In this document: positions 47,051 through 58,414 of the stretch, piece by piece
How the letters are laid out: each line of letters opens with the position of its first letter
Position numbering within the stretch: the first letter of the stretch is position 1
Assembly: GCA_965204375.1 (NCBI GenBank)
Contig: OZ241986.1
Coordinates: forward strand, 256,001-320,000
Length of the DNA stretch: 64,000 nucleotides
Source: Candidatus Latescibacterota bacterium
GTDB lineage: Bacteria > Latescibacterota > UBA2968
Direction of reading: 5' to 3'
Notes under the pieces: generated by a model
What the model was told of the DNA's origin: nothing
The model's input: only the letters and a program-made list of their open reading frames with translations
Databases searched by the model: none
Made by a program: the position numbers and the translations under genes

Positions 47051-50000
47051 ATGCGTAAAATCGGCACAGGTATTCTCTGGATAATCACGATTTTGATGTT
47101 GTCTTCGGTGACCATTTTTAATCCGGGACAGGTGACGGATTTTTTTGTTACGCTTTTTAATATTAAACCGAGTATTCCCGAACTCAAACCCATTGAAATT
47201 TCAGAACGCGATCGAGAAATTCGGTCCATTGCCGAGACCATTACACAAGAAGATGTAAGCCAAATTATTACCGACCTGTCGGGGATGGGATCTCGGGTGC
47301 CTGGCTATGCGGGGCATAGGCAGGCTTTTGAATATGTCAAACAGCATTTTGAGCAATTTGGTCTCGAAGATATCGTGGTCGAAGAGCACATGGTAACCGT
47401 TCCCGTTGACAAAGGTGCTTCACTCACTTTGATGGATACCGGCGAAGAAATTGCGATCTACGGTTTTTGGCCCAATCATGTGCAAACGCCCTCTGTGCCC
47501 AGCGCTGGGATTTCGGGGGCGCTTATTTATGGGGGCAAGGGATCGTTTTCAGAACTCAATGGCAAAAAGGTCGAAGGCAGCGTTGTTCTGATGGACTTCG
47601 ACTGTGATCAGGGCTATTTAAGCCCTCGTATGCTGGGGGCGCAGGCCATTTTATTTTACGACAATGGGCGGGTTACCCAGGGACAGGCTATGGATAAGTT
47701 TTTGCCCGTGCCCGTTGATGTGCCCCGGTTCTGGGTCAAAAAAGACGATGCTTTGCGTTTGCTCGAATTGGCCCAAACGCAATCTCCCGAAGTGCGTTTA
47801 ACGTCAAAGATGGATTGGGAAGAGGTGCCGACCTGGAATATTTTTGCAACCGTTCCCGGGTCCGAAGACTATATCACTGAGCGCGAAGAGCGCAAGTGGA
47901 AAGATCAGCAGATTGTGCTGAGTGCTTTTTACGATGCCATTTCCGTTGTGCCCGCTCTCGCGCCGGGTGCTGAAAATGCGTCGGGGTTGGCTGCGCTTTT
48001 ACACACTGCCCGCGTTTTGAAACAGAATCCGCCCAAATATTCGGTGACCTTTTTGGCAACTGGCTCACATTTCCAGGGGCTGGCTGGCATCAATGATTTT
48101 GTGTATCGCCACTCGCGCGAGAGCGATCATTTCCGCGATAAGATTCCCGATAGTTTATCGACTGCTGGTGCTTATCTCGATGGCGAACTTATTCCGCGCG
48201 ATAGCGAAGACTTTGAAGAGCTCATTCCCGGCAGCTATAAAATTGATTTTCGGTTATTTATCGGTTTGGACCTGTCGAGTGAATCCGATCAGTTGGCGAG
48301 CTTTTCACACGGTACCTTTAACAACCCAAATTGGCAGACGGATAATTATCTGAATAATCTGCTGGCGCCTTATGCGGACAAATTCGATAAATATATGGCC
48401 AAAGTCTTTCCGGGCGAAGAAGTGCGCCATGTCGATGCGATTGCACCTCCAAAACGCACCTGGAAGAATTTTATGCCCATTCGCCTGGGATTCGACAGCG
48501 AGGCCGTCACATTTGTTGGCAAAGAAGGCATTACACTGGCGACGCCATCAACAGTGCGGCGGTTTGTCGATACGCCTATTGATCGCGTTGAATACGTCAA
48601 TATGGACAATTTGACGCGCCAGGTCCAAACGACAATAGCTGCCATGATGAAAGCGGGCGAAGATCCCGAGTTTTTCAGGGTGTCCAAACTCAAATTGCAA
48701 GATCGCGGACACAGTTTGAAAGGGCGCGTATTGTGGTTTGATCGCAATGTCGATTTCGCGTTGCCCCGCGTGCCCGTGCCCGGGGGAGTTGCGACGTATC
48801 GACAACCGGGGAATGTCCACAGTTGTGCGGGTGTGCGCACGCTGATTATTGACAAGACAGCAGAAGGTCCCATTTACGATGTTAAATTGGCAAGAAATAG
48901 AACTGATGTAGATCTAAGCTTGTATGGTGATCCAGACAAAGTTAAACAAACGGGAGAGTTTTTCTTCAATATTATGCGGAATCGGTTTACCAATCGCATT
49001 TTGGCTTATGATATTGACGAAGAGGGGAAGATTACATCGGCACCCGACATGGGATCTGAAGGCGACAAAAAATTTCCGCTGACGCAGCGATATGGCTGGT
49101 GGGAAAATGAAATGATGACCGTTCTGTTTAAGAGCCGCTCCATCAGTGTTTTTGAAATTATCGATTCGAGCTATTTGTCCGCACTCGATTTCATGACGGT
49201 ACTCAACGATAACGATACGCAGCCCATAGAATTTGGCTATACGTATTTGCCTGGGCAAAGCACCAAAGAGGGCGATGTGACGCGCGCTGCTGTGACGTTT
49301 GCGCGCGTGGATGAACACACAGGAGAAGCCGAGCGGTTGAAGGTTTTGATGAGCACGGGATTATTTGGTGTTAAGTATTTGCTGATCAATGCGCCCCAGA
49401 AGTTTTTGGACAATCCGATTGATAAACGCGAGGTAAATCCCGATCTTCTGGAAGAGGCGCGAGGTGAAGGGTATGAACCCGGCGTCATTTTCATGCCCTC
49501 GTATCAGGCCGCCAGAGATATGTGGGTGATTGACGATGTGCGGATGAAACAGTTGGCGCAATTTGGTATTGAAAACAATCGGCTTACCCTGTTGCACAAC
49601 AGCGCGCGCGAGGCCCTGATTGAAGCGCGTCAACACCTTGACAATTTGGATTACGAAGGGTTTATGGCCGCATCTCGGCGGGCATGGGGGCTGGAGGCGC
49701 GGGGGTATCCCGAAGTGATGGCGACGGCCAATGATACTGTTCGAGGTATTATTTTTTACTTTATTTTGTTGCTGCCGTTTTCATTTTTCTGCGAACGGCT
49801 GTTGATTGGCGCGTCGAGTATTACCGCGCGATTGAGCTGGTTTGCCGCGTTTTTTGTGTTTTTCTTTATTGTTTTGCGCTTTGTCCATCCAGCTTTTCAG
49901 TTGAGCAATTCCCCCTATATTATTTTTCTCGCATTTGTGATTATGGCCCTCGGCGGCGTGGCCATGGTCATTGTGGTGTCTAAGTTTGGTGATGAAGTTC

Positions 50001-51898
50001 GCAAAATGAAGCAGGCTTCTGCCGGGACTTATGAAGCCGATGTCGGACGCATTAGCGCGACGTCGGCCGCGATTGTATTGGGCATTTCAAATCTGAGAAA
50101 GCGCCCCATGCGCACGGGGTTGACAGCAATTACGTTGACCTTATTGACTTTTACGACATTGTCTTTTACTTCGGTGCAGACTTCATTGAAGTTTTACAAA
50201 TTGCCCCGCGATAACGAGCCGTCGTATCAGGGGGCACTCGTGCGCGATCGATCCTGGCGCGGGATGCAGGAGTCCGTACTCAATTATCTCAATAGTGCTT
50301 TTGAAGGCCGCGCCGATATTGTGCCGCGGTCGTGGTATTTGTCACAGGTGCGTGGCGAGCGCGCTTATGTGAATTTTTCGCGCGTGACAGAGGCCACCGC
50401 CGATATGGGGCCAAAGGAGATTTACGTCGATTTCGATGTGGGCATTACCACGGGGAAAGACAGTTTTGTCAATGCGCTGTTGGGACTTACGCCAGACGAA
50501 CCCAAAATTACCGGGGTTGATGGCTATTTGATGAGTGGGCGATGGTTTGAACCCGGAGAAGAGTTCGTTTGCCTGTTGCCAAATGATCTGGCCGAGCTTG
50601 TCGGTATTTTCCCTGAAGATGCCGGTACAGCTAAAATTGAAATGCAGGGGCAGATTTTTACGGTGATTGGCATTCTGGATTCTGAAATGTTTAACAAGTT
50701 CAAAGATCTGGACGATGAAAAACTGACTCCTGTTGATACGGTAAAAGAAAAAGACGATTTGGCAGATGCACAGGATCAGGATCCGAGGGTTGTCGCGGCT
50801 GCGCCGATTGAGACCTTTACCCACCTGGAATCGACCAATGTGCTCGTCGTGCCCTATGAGTATATTCGGGATATCGGAGGCGTGTTGGCTTCGGTGGCGA
50901 TTGCGAATTTCAAGGATGAGAGTGGGCAGCCTAAGTTGAATTTTGTACCCGACATCGAAGAGTTTATGGCACGCGTGTCTTTGACGATGTTTGTGGGCAA
51001 GGATGATGGTGTAACCGTCTATAGTTCGATTGGTTCAACATCGCTTTCTGGATTGGGCAATTTGTTTATTCCGATCTTGATTGCGGCACTTATTGTGCTC
51101 AATACTATGATGGGTGCTGTGTATGAGCGTTTCCGGGAGATCAGTATTTATTCTTCGGTGGGATTGGCCCCCAATCATATTGCCGCACTTTTCCTCGCGG
51201 AGGCCGGCGTATTTGCCACACTCGGTGCGGTTATGGGATATTTGATTGGACAGGTTCTGGTGCTCATACTGTACAACCAGGGGCTGTTGGGAGGCCTGGA
51301 GTTGAATTATTCATCGCTATCTGCAATTTCCGCCACGTTGATTGTGATGGCAACGGTATTTCTCTCGGCGCTTTATCCAGCTAAAAAAGCCGCTGATATG
51401 GCTGTGCCCGATGTGACCCGCAAATGGGAATTTCCCGATCCTGATGGCGACCGGTGGGTATTTGATTTTCCCTTTACAGTAGGCGGTGCCGAGGTATTGG
51501 GCATGTACTCTTATTTGACCCGGGTTTTTGAATCTTATGGCGAGGGATCGGTGGGTGATTTTGTTGCCGACCATGTGAAGTTCTGGTCTGAGGATCACGA
51601 GGGAGAACCGCAATACAATATTGATCTGACGGCATGGTTGGCGCCTTATGATCTGGGGATTAGCCAGGAAGTGCAGTTAAAAGCTATTCCAACGGGTGAG
51701 CACAATATCTATAAAATTGAAGTGGTGATCAATCGCTTGAGCGGTGATGTAGCGTCTTGGAAACGGATCAACCGCGGATTTTTGAATGTGTTGAGAAAAC
51801 GATTCCTGGTCTGGCGCACAATTCCGGGCGACATGAAGTTCAATTATGCAGAAGACGGACGCCGGGTTTTGTCTGGCGAAGTCGCGGCAATAGCGTAA
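47051..51898 (+). CDS. Large membrane protein: degenerate M28 peptidase/PA domain + FtsX-like permease domain
   Basis: SRVPGYAG, PA-like LIYGGKG, NIFA..PG, AFYD...PGAENASG; TM bundle; GISNLRKRPMRT; VYERFREISIYSSVGLAP; YPAKKAA. AGGAG RBS before ATG 47051. Confidence 0.8.
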   Translation: MRKIGTGILWIITILMLSSVTIFNPGQVTDFFVTLFNIKPSIPELKPIEISERDREIRSIAETITQEDVSQIITDLSGMGSRVPGYAGHRQAFEYVKQHFEQFGLEDIVVEEHMVTVPVDKGASLTLMDTGEEIAIYGFWPNHVQTPSVPSAGISGALIYGGKGSFSELNGKKVEGSVVLMDFDCDQGYLSPRMLGAQAILFYDNGRVTQGQAMDKFLPVPVDVPRFWVKKDDALRLLELAQTQSPEVRLTSKMDWEEVPTWNIFATVPGSEDYITEREERKWKDQQIVLSAFYDAISVVPALAPGAENASGLAALLHTARVLKQNPPKYSVTFLATGSHFQGLAGINDFVYRHSRESDHFRDKIPDSLSTAGAYLDGELIPRDSEDFEELIPGSYKIDFRLFIGLDLSSESDQLASFSHGTFNNPNWQTDNYLNNLLAPYADKFDKYMAKVFPGEEVRHVDAIAPPKRTWKNFMPIRLGFDSEAVTFVGKEGITLATPSTVRRFVDTPIDRVEYVNMDNLTRQVQTTIAAMMKAGEDPEFFRVSKLKLQDRGHSLKGRVLWFDRNVDFALPRVPVPGGVATYRQPGNVHSCAGVRTLIIDKTAEGPIYDVKLARNRTDVDLSLYGDPDKVKQTGEFFFNIMRNRFTNRILAYDIDEEGKITSAPDMGSEGDKKFPLTQRYGWWENEMMTVLFKSRSISVFEIIDSSYLSALDFMTVLNDNDTQPIEFGYTYLPGQSTKEGDVTRAAVTFARVDEHTGEAERLKVLMSTGLFGVKYLLINAPQKFLDNPIDKREVNPDLLEEARGEGYEPGVIFMPSYQAARDMWVIDDVRMKQLAQFGIENNRLTLLHNSAREALIEARQHLDNLDYEGFMAASRRAWGLEARGYPEVMATANDTVRGIIFYFILLLPFSFFCERLLIGASSITARLSWFAAFFVFFFIVLRFVHPAFQLSNSPYIIFLAFVIMALGGVAMVIVVSKFGDEVRKMKQASAGTYEADVGRISATSAAIVLGISNLRKRPMRTGLTAITLTLLTFTTLSFTSVQTSLKFYKLPRDNEPSYQGALVRDRSWRGMQESVLNYLNSAFEGRADIVPRSWYLSQVRGERAYVNFSRVTEATADMGPKEIYVDFDVGITTGKDSFVNALLGLTPDEPKITGVDGYLMSGRWFEPGEEFVCLLPNDLAELVGIFPEDAGTAKIEMQGQIFTVIGILDSEMFNKFKDLDDEKLTPVDTVKEKDDLADAQDQDPRVVAAAPIETFTHLESTNVLVVPYEYIRDIGGVLASVAIANFKDESGQPKLNFVPDIEEFMARVSLTMFVGKDDGVTVYSSIGSTSLSGLGNLFIPILIAALIVLNTMMGAVYERFREISIYSSVGLAPNHIAALFLAEAGVFATLGAVMGYLIGQVLVLILYNQGLLGGLELNYSSLSAISATLIVMATVFLSALYPAKKAADMAVPDVTRKWEFPDPDGDRWVFDFPFTVGGAEVLGMYSYLTRVFESYGEGSVGDFVADHVKFWSEDHEGEPQYNIDLTAWLAPYDLGISQEVQLKAIPTGEHNIYKIEVVINRLSGDVASWKRINRGFLNVLRKRFLVWRTIPGDMKFNYAEDGRRVLSGEVAAIA

Positions 51899-51935
51899 CG
51901 CGCAGATTTTGTGAATTTCCTTCTGGGAGGCAATT

Positions 51936-53993
51936 TTGGCAACGGACGAACCAAGAGATACAGAAGAAACAAAAGAGGATCTGACAGAATACGAACAGAT
52001 TATGCCAGAGGACGCGCCTTTTGAGGATGGCTTTGGCTGGAAGACGATATGGGCGACGGCGTTCGTTGGGATTGTCATGTTGCCGGGGGCGATTTATCTG
52101 GGCCTGGTGACCGGACAGAGCATGGCTGGCGCGTCTGAGTGGGTGACGATTATTCTCTTTTTAGAGATTGCCAAGCGCTCTTTTGTTCGGCTCAAGACAC
52201 AGGAAATTTTGATTATCTATTGGGTCGCTGCAGGGCTTTTGGGCATTGGGGTAAAACTCGGTTCCGGTGCGCACCTTTACGGTGGACCTTTTGGAGGGTT
52301 GATCTGGGATCAGTATTTGATTCAGTCGCCCGCGGCCAAAGGTCTGGATAGTTATATCCCAAATTGGGTGACACCGCCTCTGGATTCGCCGGTTTATGCC
52401 GAGCGCACGTTTGTGCATCCCGACTGGATTTTGCCGGTGTTGATTCTGTTTCTGGCCATGATTATCAATCAAACTGCGCGGCTGTCTTTTGGGTATGTGA
52501 TGTTTCGCATTACCAGCGATATTGAGCAATTGCCTTTTCCGCTGGAGCCTGTCCACGCAAGAGGTGTTACGGCACTGGCTGAAACATCGGCCAAAGCCGA
52601 AGGGTGGCGATGGCGCGTGTTCAGCACGGGAACGTGTATTGGTCTGGTGTGGGGACTGCTCTATGTAGTTGTGCCCACGTTGTCGGGTATTTTTCTGACG
52701 GAGACCGTTCAGGTTTTGCCCATTCCATTTATCGATTTTACCGCCGAGGTGAAGACCATATTACCCGCTGCAGTGTTTGGCATAGGAACGGATTTGGGGC
52801 ATTTGTTGATCGGGTTTGTCCTGCCGTTTTACGTGGTGGTGGGGTCGTTTATCGGTGCTGTGCTTGCCAATCTGGTGATTAATCCAGTGCTTTATCTTCA
52901 CACAGATGTCTTGAGCCGATGGGCACCGGGTATGACGGCGATTCCCGCAAGTATTTCCAATCGTTTTGATTTCTGGTTGAGCTTTGGGATCGGCACTTCG
53001 TTCGTGATCGCGGCCACTGGTTTTTATATGGTGGGCAAAACCCTGTTAGAACAGCGCAAGATTCAAAAGGAAACAGGGCATCACTCGGTGAAAATTAGTA
53101 TGGAGGATTTGCCCGAAGGCCGAGGGGATATACCGATGAAGTGGCCCCTCGTGTTGTGGATAATGGGTTCTTTGGCAGCCATTGGGTTGTGCCAGTGGCT
53201 CGTGCCAGAGTTTCAATGGTACTGGCTGGTTTTCTTCGCGTTTATTTATACGCCTGTTTCATCTTATATCGGTGCCCGGATGATCGGTCTTACGGGCAGT
53301 CCTTATGGAGCGAGCATTCCCTATATTCGAGAAGCGGCCATTTTTCTGTCGGGGTATAAGGGTGTGGCGGTGTGGTTTGCGCCCATTCCTCTGCACGACC
53401 ACGGGCTGGCTGTGCGGCAGTTTAAGCAACTGGAATTGACCAAAACGAAGATCGGCAGCTATATCAAAATGGTGGTGATTACGACCTTTGTGATTTTCAT
53501 TTGCAGCTTTTTGTTCTATGAGTTTATCTGGCGGTTGGGTCCCATTCCATCTGCGACATATCCCTACGTGCAGTTGTTCTGGCCGTTTGAAGCTACGATG
53601 CAAACGATGTGGCTCAAATCGACTTTGCCACCTGGAGAAGTACAGGGTGCTGCTGGGCTGGAACTCCTGGCAGATATTATTAAGCCAGAATATATAGGTG
53701 TTGGTTTCGTTGCAGGGGGGCTTCTCTATCTGGCGCTGGTTGCGATCAAGGTTCCCGTATTGGCATTTTTCGGTTTTGTGAATGGCCTGGCGCAATGGCC
53801 GCATTTTGTCATTTTGAATTTTGCCGGGGCTATGCTGGGGCGGTACCATTTTGCCAAGCGGTTTGGCGAGTCCAAATGGAACGCTTACGCACCCATTTTA
53901 TTGGCGGGTTATTCCTGCGGCATGGGGCTTATTGGTATGACCTCAATTGCCGTGGCGTTGATATCCAAGGCCGTGTCTCAGGTGGTTTTCTGA
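51936..53993 (+). CDS. OPT-superfamily-like (peptide transporter) polytopic membrane protein
   Basis: TTG start behind GGAGG, about 15 TM helices, PGAIYLGL..G and EQLPFP motifs. Confidence 0.7.
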   Translation: MATDEPRDTEETKEDLTEYEQIMPEDAPFEDGFGWKTIWATAFVGIVMLPGAIYLGLVTGQSMAGASEWVTIILFLEIAKRSFVRLKTQEILIIYWVAAGLLGIGVKLGSGAHLYGGPFGGLIWDQYLIQSPAAKGLDSYIPNWVTPPLDSPVYAERTFVHPDWILPVLILFLAMIINQTARLSFGYVMFRITSDIEQLPFPLEPVHARGVTALAETSAKAEGWRWRVFSTGTCIGLVWGLLYVVVPTLSGIFLTETVQVLPIPFIDFTAEVKTILPAAVFGIGTDLGHLLIGFVLPFYVVVGSFIGAVLANLVINPVLYLHTDVLSRWAPGMTAIPASISNRFDFWLSFGIGTSFVIAATGFYMVGKTLLEQRKIQKETGHHSVKISMEDLPEGRGDIPMKWPLVLWIMGSLAAIGLCQWLVPEFQWYWLVFFAFIYTPVSSYIGARMIGLTGSPYGASIPYIREAAIFLSGYKGVAVWFAPIPLHDHGLAVRQFKQLELTKTKIGSYIKMVVITTFVIFICSFLFYEFIWRLGPIPSATYPYVQLFWPFEATMQTMWLKSTLPPGEVQGAAGLELLADIIKPEYIGVGFVAGGLLYLALVAIKVPVLAFFGFVNGLAQWPHFVILNFAGAMLGRYHFAKRFGESKWNAYAPILLAGYSCGMGLIGMTSIAVALISKAVSQVVF

Positions 53994-54101
53994 GATAAAA
54001 TGATGGATGGAACTTTTATTCGGGCATGTGTCGTCTAATTTGTTGCGATATATGCCCGGATTTTTATAGGTATTTTTACAACCTTTTCAAAGGAGCAGAT
54101 T

Positions 54102-54605
54102 ATGCAGAGGTTTCGACTCTTCGGTTTTTTGGCAGTGGCGATGCTTATGGTTGCGTCCTGCGATGTGTGGGCACAGCCTCAACAGCCTCAAAGGGGTGGT
54201 CAAGGTCAAGGAGGGCGTGGGCAACGCGGCGGCGTTCAGGTGCAGCGTTTTTTGCCGGTTGAACAGGCGCTAACCTATCTGGCGTTTAACGAGAATGTCG
54301 CCCTGAGCGATGAGCAACTCGTCAAGGTGCGCGCGTCACTTAAGGGGATTTACGCAAAAAGGCAGGAGTTACAAAGAAGCCTGCGCGGAAGCAACGACCA
54401 GCAGGCGGCTATGCAGAAAGTGCGTGCACTGCGAATGGAAATGATGCAGGGCCTGACAGCCATTCTCAATGAGAACCAGACAAAGGTATTTCAAGAACAG
54501 ATGCAGCGGATGGGGCAACGCGGGCAACGCGGTCAGCGCGGCGGGCAAGGTGGTCGTGGCGGTGGTCGTGGCGGTGGTGGCGGTGGTGGCGGTGGTGGAG
54601 AGTAA
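54102..54605 (+). CDS. Exported helical protein (Spy/CpxP-like) with Gly/Arg/Gln-rich termini
   Basis: Signal peptide, LSDEQ and LNENQ motifs, GQRGQRGQRGG...G10 tail. Confidence 0.65.
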   Translation: MQRFRLFGFLAVAMLMVASCDVWAQPQQPQRGGQGQGGRGQRGGVQVQRFLPVEQALTYLAFNENVALSDEQLVKVRASLKGIYAKRQELQRSLRGSNDQQAAMQKVRALRMEMMQGLTAILNENQTKVFQEQMQRMGQRGQRGQRGGQGGRGGGRGGGGGGGGGGE

Positions 54606-54643
54606 ATCAGAAGCTCCTCTGCCTGTTTAGTGTTGGAGATGTC

Positions 54644-54682
54644 AAAACGCGGGTTTCTTTGAAGAAGCCCGCGTTTGTTTTT
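54644..54682 (+). terminator. Intrinsic terminator
   Basis: AAACGCGGGTTTCTT...AAGAAGCCCGCGTTT followed by a T tract. Confidence 0.7.
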
Positions 54683-54747
54683 TGCGGTGTGCTTGTTTAT
54701 CACAAAAAAATGGGTTACATTATCGCACATTGCAATGGGAGGGTTCT

Positions 54748-56103
54748 GTGATACCTGAGTCTTTCAAACATCTCAAGCGGCCTTTTTCATTTGCTGTTGT
54801 GAGTGATACGCATTTTGTAACGCGAGATTTTATCGGGCAGGCGTTTGACGCGACAAGACCTCTCAGCACTGAGGGGTATGTGGAAAATGTGACCTATTCG
54901 CTCGCGCCAATGATGGATGCATTGCGCGGTCTCAAACCGGATTTTATAGTTTTGACCGGTGATGTGGCCGAACCTCCGCTGGATCCAGAACACCACCGCG
55001 AGAATCTCAAGGCTGCACTGGATTTTTTTGCCACATGCGATATCCCCCTGATTGTCGCTCGCGGAAATCACGATGGCACTTCGTCTTTTGATGAGGTTGT
55101 GGGGCCGCGTGTTGCACAGTTTTTAGGTGAGATGCCCAAAGCGCATTATTTTTCATTTGAGGTGGATGGTTGCCAGTTTATTGTGCTGGATACGCCGTTT
55201 TGGAATACTGAGCAATGTCAGTGGCTCGATGCCGTGTTGGCAGAAAATGCTTATGCACCGTCGTTTTTGCTGGGACATCATCCTATATGGCCGGTAGCAC
55301 GTGCTTTTTTTTACAACCGCGATTTTCAGACGGATATGGTCAATCTTTTGTCTCGGCACGCGATTGATGCCTATTTTTGCGGACATTCGCACAATCAAAG
55401 TATTGTGTTGCACCGCACGCCCCATTTGCCGGTGTTGCAGTGTATGGGTGCTCTGATTGGATTATCTGACGCGCCGCCTCTTCCGCTCAACCACGTTCAA
55501 GCCCTTTTGCCCACGCCCGATGATCTCATGGCGGTTTGGTCCGGATATATTGAAAATACGGCTCCGGGATGGTTTATGGGATATGTTACACAGGGTCAGG
55601 CGCGTGTGGAATGGCATCATATTAATCGCGGGGCCGAAGCTCTGGTGCGCTGGTTTCGGCCTGGTGACATTCAGACTTTTTGGGCGATGGCTCCCGCGCC
55701 TCCCGCTCAACTCATTGAAGCAAATTTGCAGCGTATTCGCCAGGGGATTCTCCGTTTTTGTGCCTGGGATAGTATGGGAGATGCGCGCGTATTTCTCAAT
55801 GGGAATGAGATTGGCCTTCTGCCGCGTGCAGATAATTTTACGGCCAGTCGTCTGTCTTTACCTCCCAACGCGCTCGCTTGTTTACAGATGGAGAATAAGG
55901 TGCGTATTGAACCTGCTGAGGGAAGTGAGATGACGCTTGGCAATCTGGTTCTCGAAGTGGTTTTGCCCGGTGGTCGTAATGTGCGGTCGCAAGTTTTTGA
56001 AGATATTTATACGTGGTCTAACCGGTGGGAAGGGTATGAATATGAGACGTTGCAAAAGATGAAACCGGGGCGACCGTTATCTACAGTGTTGTCTTTCAGG
56101 TGA
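54748..56103 (+). CDS. Calcineurin-like metallophosphoesterase with extra C-terminal domain
   Basis: SDTH, TGD, GNHD, HHP and GHSH metal-binding motifs; GTG start behind GGAGG. Confidence 0.88.
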   Translation: MIPESFKHLKRPFSFAVVSDTHFVTRDFIGQAFDATRPLSTEGYVENVTYSLAPMMDALRGLKPDFIVLTGDVAEPPLDPEHHRENLKAALDFFATCDIPLIVARGNHDGTSSFDEVVGPRVAQFLGEMPKAHYFSFEVDGCQFIVLDTPFWNTEQCQWLDAVLAENAYAPSFLLGHHPIWPVARAFFYNRDFQTDMVNLLSRHAIDAYFCGHSHNQSIVLHRTPHLPVLQCMGALIGLSDAPPLPLNHVQALLPTPDDLMAVWSGYIENTAPGWFMGYVTQGQARVEWHHINRGAEALVRWFRPGDIQTFWAMAPAPPAQLIEANLQRIRQGILRFCAWDSMGDARVFLNGNEIGLLPRADNFTASRLSLPPNALACLQMENKVRIEPAEGSEMTLGNLVLEVVLPGGRNVRSQVFEDIYTWSNRWEGYEYETLQKMKPGRPLSTVLSFR

Positions 56104-56107
56104 GGAC

Positions 56108-58135
56108 GTGATGAACGATAGAAGAGATACCAACCGATTGGTCCACGAGACCAGCCCGTATTTATTGCAGCATGCACACAATCCCGTTGCGTGGTTTCCG
56201 TGGGGAGAAGAGGCATTTGAAAAGGCTACTGCCGAAGACAAGCCCATTTTTTTGAGCGTGGGATATGCGGCCTGTCACTGGTGCCATGTGATGGAGCACG
56301 AGTGTTTTGAAAATGAGGAAATCGCGCAGATTATGAACGCGCATTTTGTCAATGTGAAGGTTGATCGGGAAGAACGCCCCGATGTCGATGAAATTTATAT
56401 GAATGCCGTACAGGTTATGACCGGTTCCGGTGGATGGCCTATGAGTGTGTTTTTGACGCCGCAGGGTGTCCCGTTTTACGGAGGCACTTATTTCCCACCT
56501 GAGAGCAGACATAACATACCGGGTTTTCCCCAGGTTTTGGAATCCGTTGCCAGGCATTATCGAGAAAAAGGTGAAAATGTTGCAGATGTGGCGAATCGAT
56601 TGCACGAGCACTTGCGAGCGATGGCGCGTATTGATGCATTGGCAGATGACCTGAGTGAGACGGATTTTGACGGTGCATTTCAAAAGATCAGGTCGAATTT
56701 TGATTTTCAAAATGGCGGGTTTGGAACACAGCCCAAGTTCCCAAATTCGATGAATCTCGACGTGTTTTTGCGGGCCCATTTGCGTTCGGGGAACGAAGAG
56801 GCACTTGCGATGGTGACATTGACGCTTGAAAAAATGGCGCGCGGGGGCATTTACGATCAGCTCGGCGGGGGATTTCACCGCTATTCTGTGGATCGCCACT
56901 GGCTCGTGCCTCATTTTGAAAAGATGTTGTATGACAATGCGCTGCTCGCACAGCTTTATACGCAGACTTATCAGGTGACTGAGCAACCGCTTTTTGCGCG
57001 CATTGCCAGGTCAATTCTGGATTATACGCGACGAGAGATGACCGCGCCAGAAGGCGGTTTTTATTCTACGCAAGATGCCGATAGCGAGGGGGAAGAGGGC
57101 AAGTTTTTTGTGTGGACGCCGCAGGAGGTGGTGGATCTATTGGGCGAAGAAGAAGGGGCGGTATTTTGCCGGTATTTCGATGTGGCGGAGCGGGGCAATT
57201 TTGAGGGTAAAAATATTCTGAATGTCCCGCATGTTTATGAGGTTGATGAAGATGCAATGGCACGCAGATGTGCGATTTTGTTTGATGCGCGAGAAGAGCG
57301 CGTGAAACCCGGGCGCGATGAAAAAATTCAGGTGAGTTGGAATGGGTTGATGATTTCGGCTTTTGCGCGGGCGTATCGGGCGTTTGGCGATTCCGTTTAT
57401 CTGGATAGTGCATCAGATGCGGCCAAATTTATCTTGGAGAATATGTGTACGGATCGTGGATTGTTGTTGCATACTTATAAAGATGGTCGCGCGCGTTTCA
57501 ATGCCTATCAGGATGATTATGCCTGTTTGATCGTTGGGTTAGTCGATCTGTACGAAGCGAGTTTTGAGCCTTCTTATCTCGTTGCTGCCCGCGATTTTAT
57601 GGAGGTGATGATTGATCAGTTCTGGGATGATGAAGATGGCGGATTTTTTTATACGGGAAGAGATCACGAGGAGCTGATTGTGCGTTCAAAAAATCCCTTT
57701 GATAATGCCACGCCATCTGGTAATTCGATGGGGGCGCTGGCACTGCTGCGATTGGGTACGCTGCTGGAGCGCGAAGATTGGCGGGATATGGGTGCTCGCA
57801 TTTTGCATCTTTTTGGCAGGCATATTCGAGAGGTGCCTTCGGGTTTTGGCAATATGATTTGTGCCCTGGATCTCCATTTGCAAGGGGCTGTGGAGGTTGC
57901 TATTTTAGGTGATCGAGATAGAGAGGATACGGTTGCCCTGCTCGATGTGGTGAATAAGACATGGCGACCCAATGTCGTTTTATGTGGGGGAAGTGCTCCC
58001 GTATCTGACGCTATTCCGCTTTTGAAAAATCGCGGCATGATTGACGGACGCGCCACAGCTTATGTCTGTCGCAATTATGTGTGCTCAGAACCCGTTACAG
58101 ATGCCGAGGCACTGGAAAAATTACTGGATGAATAG
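56108..58135 (+). CDS. Thioredoxin domain / six-hairpin protein (YyaL/SSP411 family)
   Basis: [45 protein letters not shown]. Confidence 0.93.
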   Translation: MMNDRRDTNRLVHETSPYLLQHAHNPVAWFPWGEEAFEKATAEDKPIFLSVGYAACHWCHVMEHECFENEEIAQIMNAHFVNVKVDREERPDVDEIYMNAVQVMTGSGGWPMSVFLTPQGVPFYGGTYFPPESRHNIPGFPQVLESVARHYREKGENVADVANRLHEHLRAMARIDALADDLSETDFDGAFQKIRSNFDFQNGGFGTQPKFPNSMNLDVFLRAHLRSGNEEALAMVTLTLEKMARGGIYDQLGGGFHRYSVDRHWLVPHFEKMLYDNALLAQLYTQTYQVTEQPLFARIARSILDYTRREMTAPEGGFYSTQDADSEGEEGKFFVWTPQEVVDLLGEEEGAVFCRYFDVAERGNFEGKNILNVPHVYEVDEDAMARRCAILFDAREERVKPGRDEKIQVSWNGLMISAFARAYRAFGDSVYLDSASDAAKFILENMCTDRGLLLHTYKDGRARFNAYQDDYACLIVGLVDLYEASFEPSYLVAARDFMEVMIDQFWDDEDGGFFYTGRDHEELIVRSKNPFDNATPSGNSMGALALLRLGTLLEREDWRDMGARILHLFGRHIREVPSGFGNMICALDLHLQGAVEVAILGDRDREDTVALLDVVNKTWRPNVVLCGGSAPVSDAIPLLKNRGMIDGRATAYVCRNYVCSEPVTDAEALEKLLDE

Positions 58136-58156
58136 AGTTTGGGATGCTAATTTGAA

Positions 58157-58414
58157 ATGCCAACAATACTATTGATTTCAGGCTGGCGACTTTTCTTTTT
58201 TTCCAATGAAGGCAATGAGCCTGCTCATATTCATTGCAGAAAAGGAGAAAGAGAATGCAAGTATTGGCTCGACAGAGAAAATTTTGATCTCGAAGAAGCT
58301 TATGCTTTTAATTTATCACCCCGAGATCGCAGAGAAATTAAGAAAATTATTTTTGAACATTTTGAATATATTGAACAGGAATGGGATGCGTTTGAACGGA
58401 GGCGCCGACAATGA
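58157..58414 (+). CDS. DUF4160 domain protein (putative TA component)
   Basis: MPTI....GWRLFFFSNE..EPAHIH......CKYWL. Confidence 0.85.
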   Translation: MPTILLISGWRLFFFSNEGNEPAHIHCRKGERECKYWLDRENFDLEEAYAFNLSPRDRREIKKIIFEHFEYIEQEWDAFERRRRQ

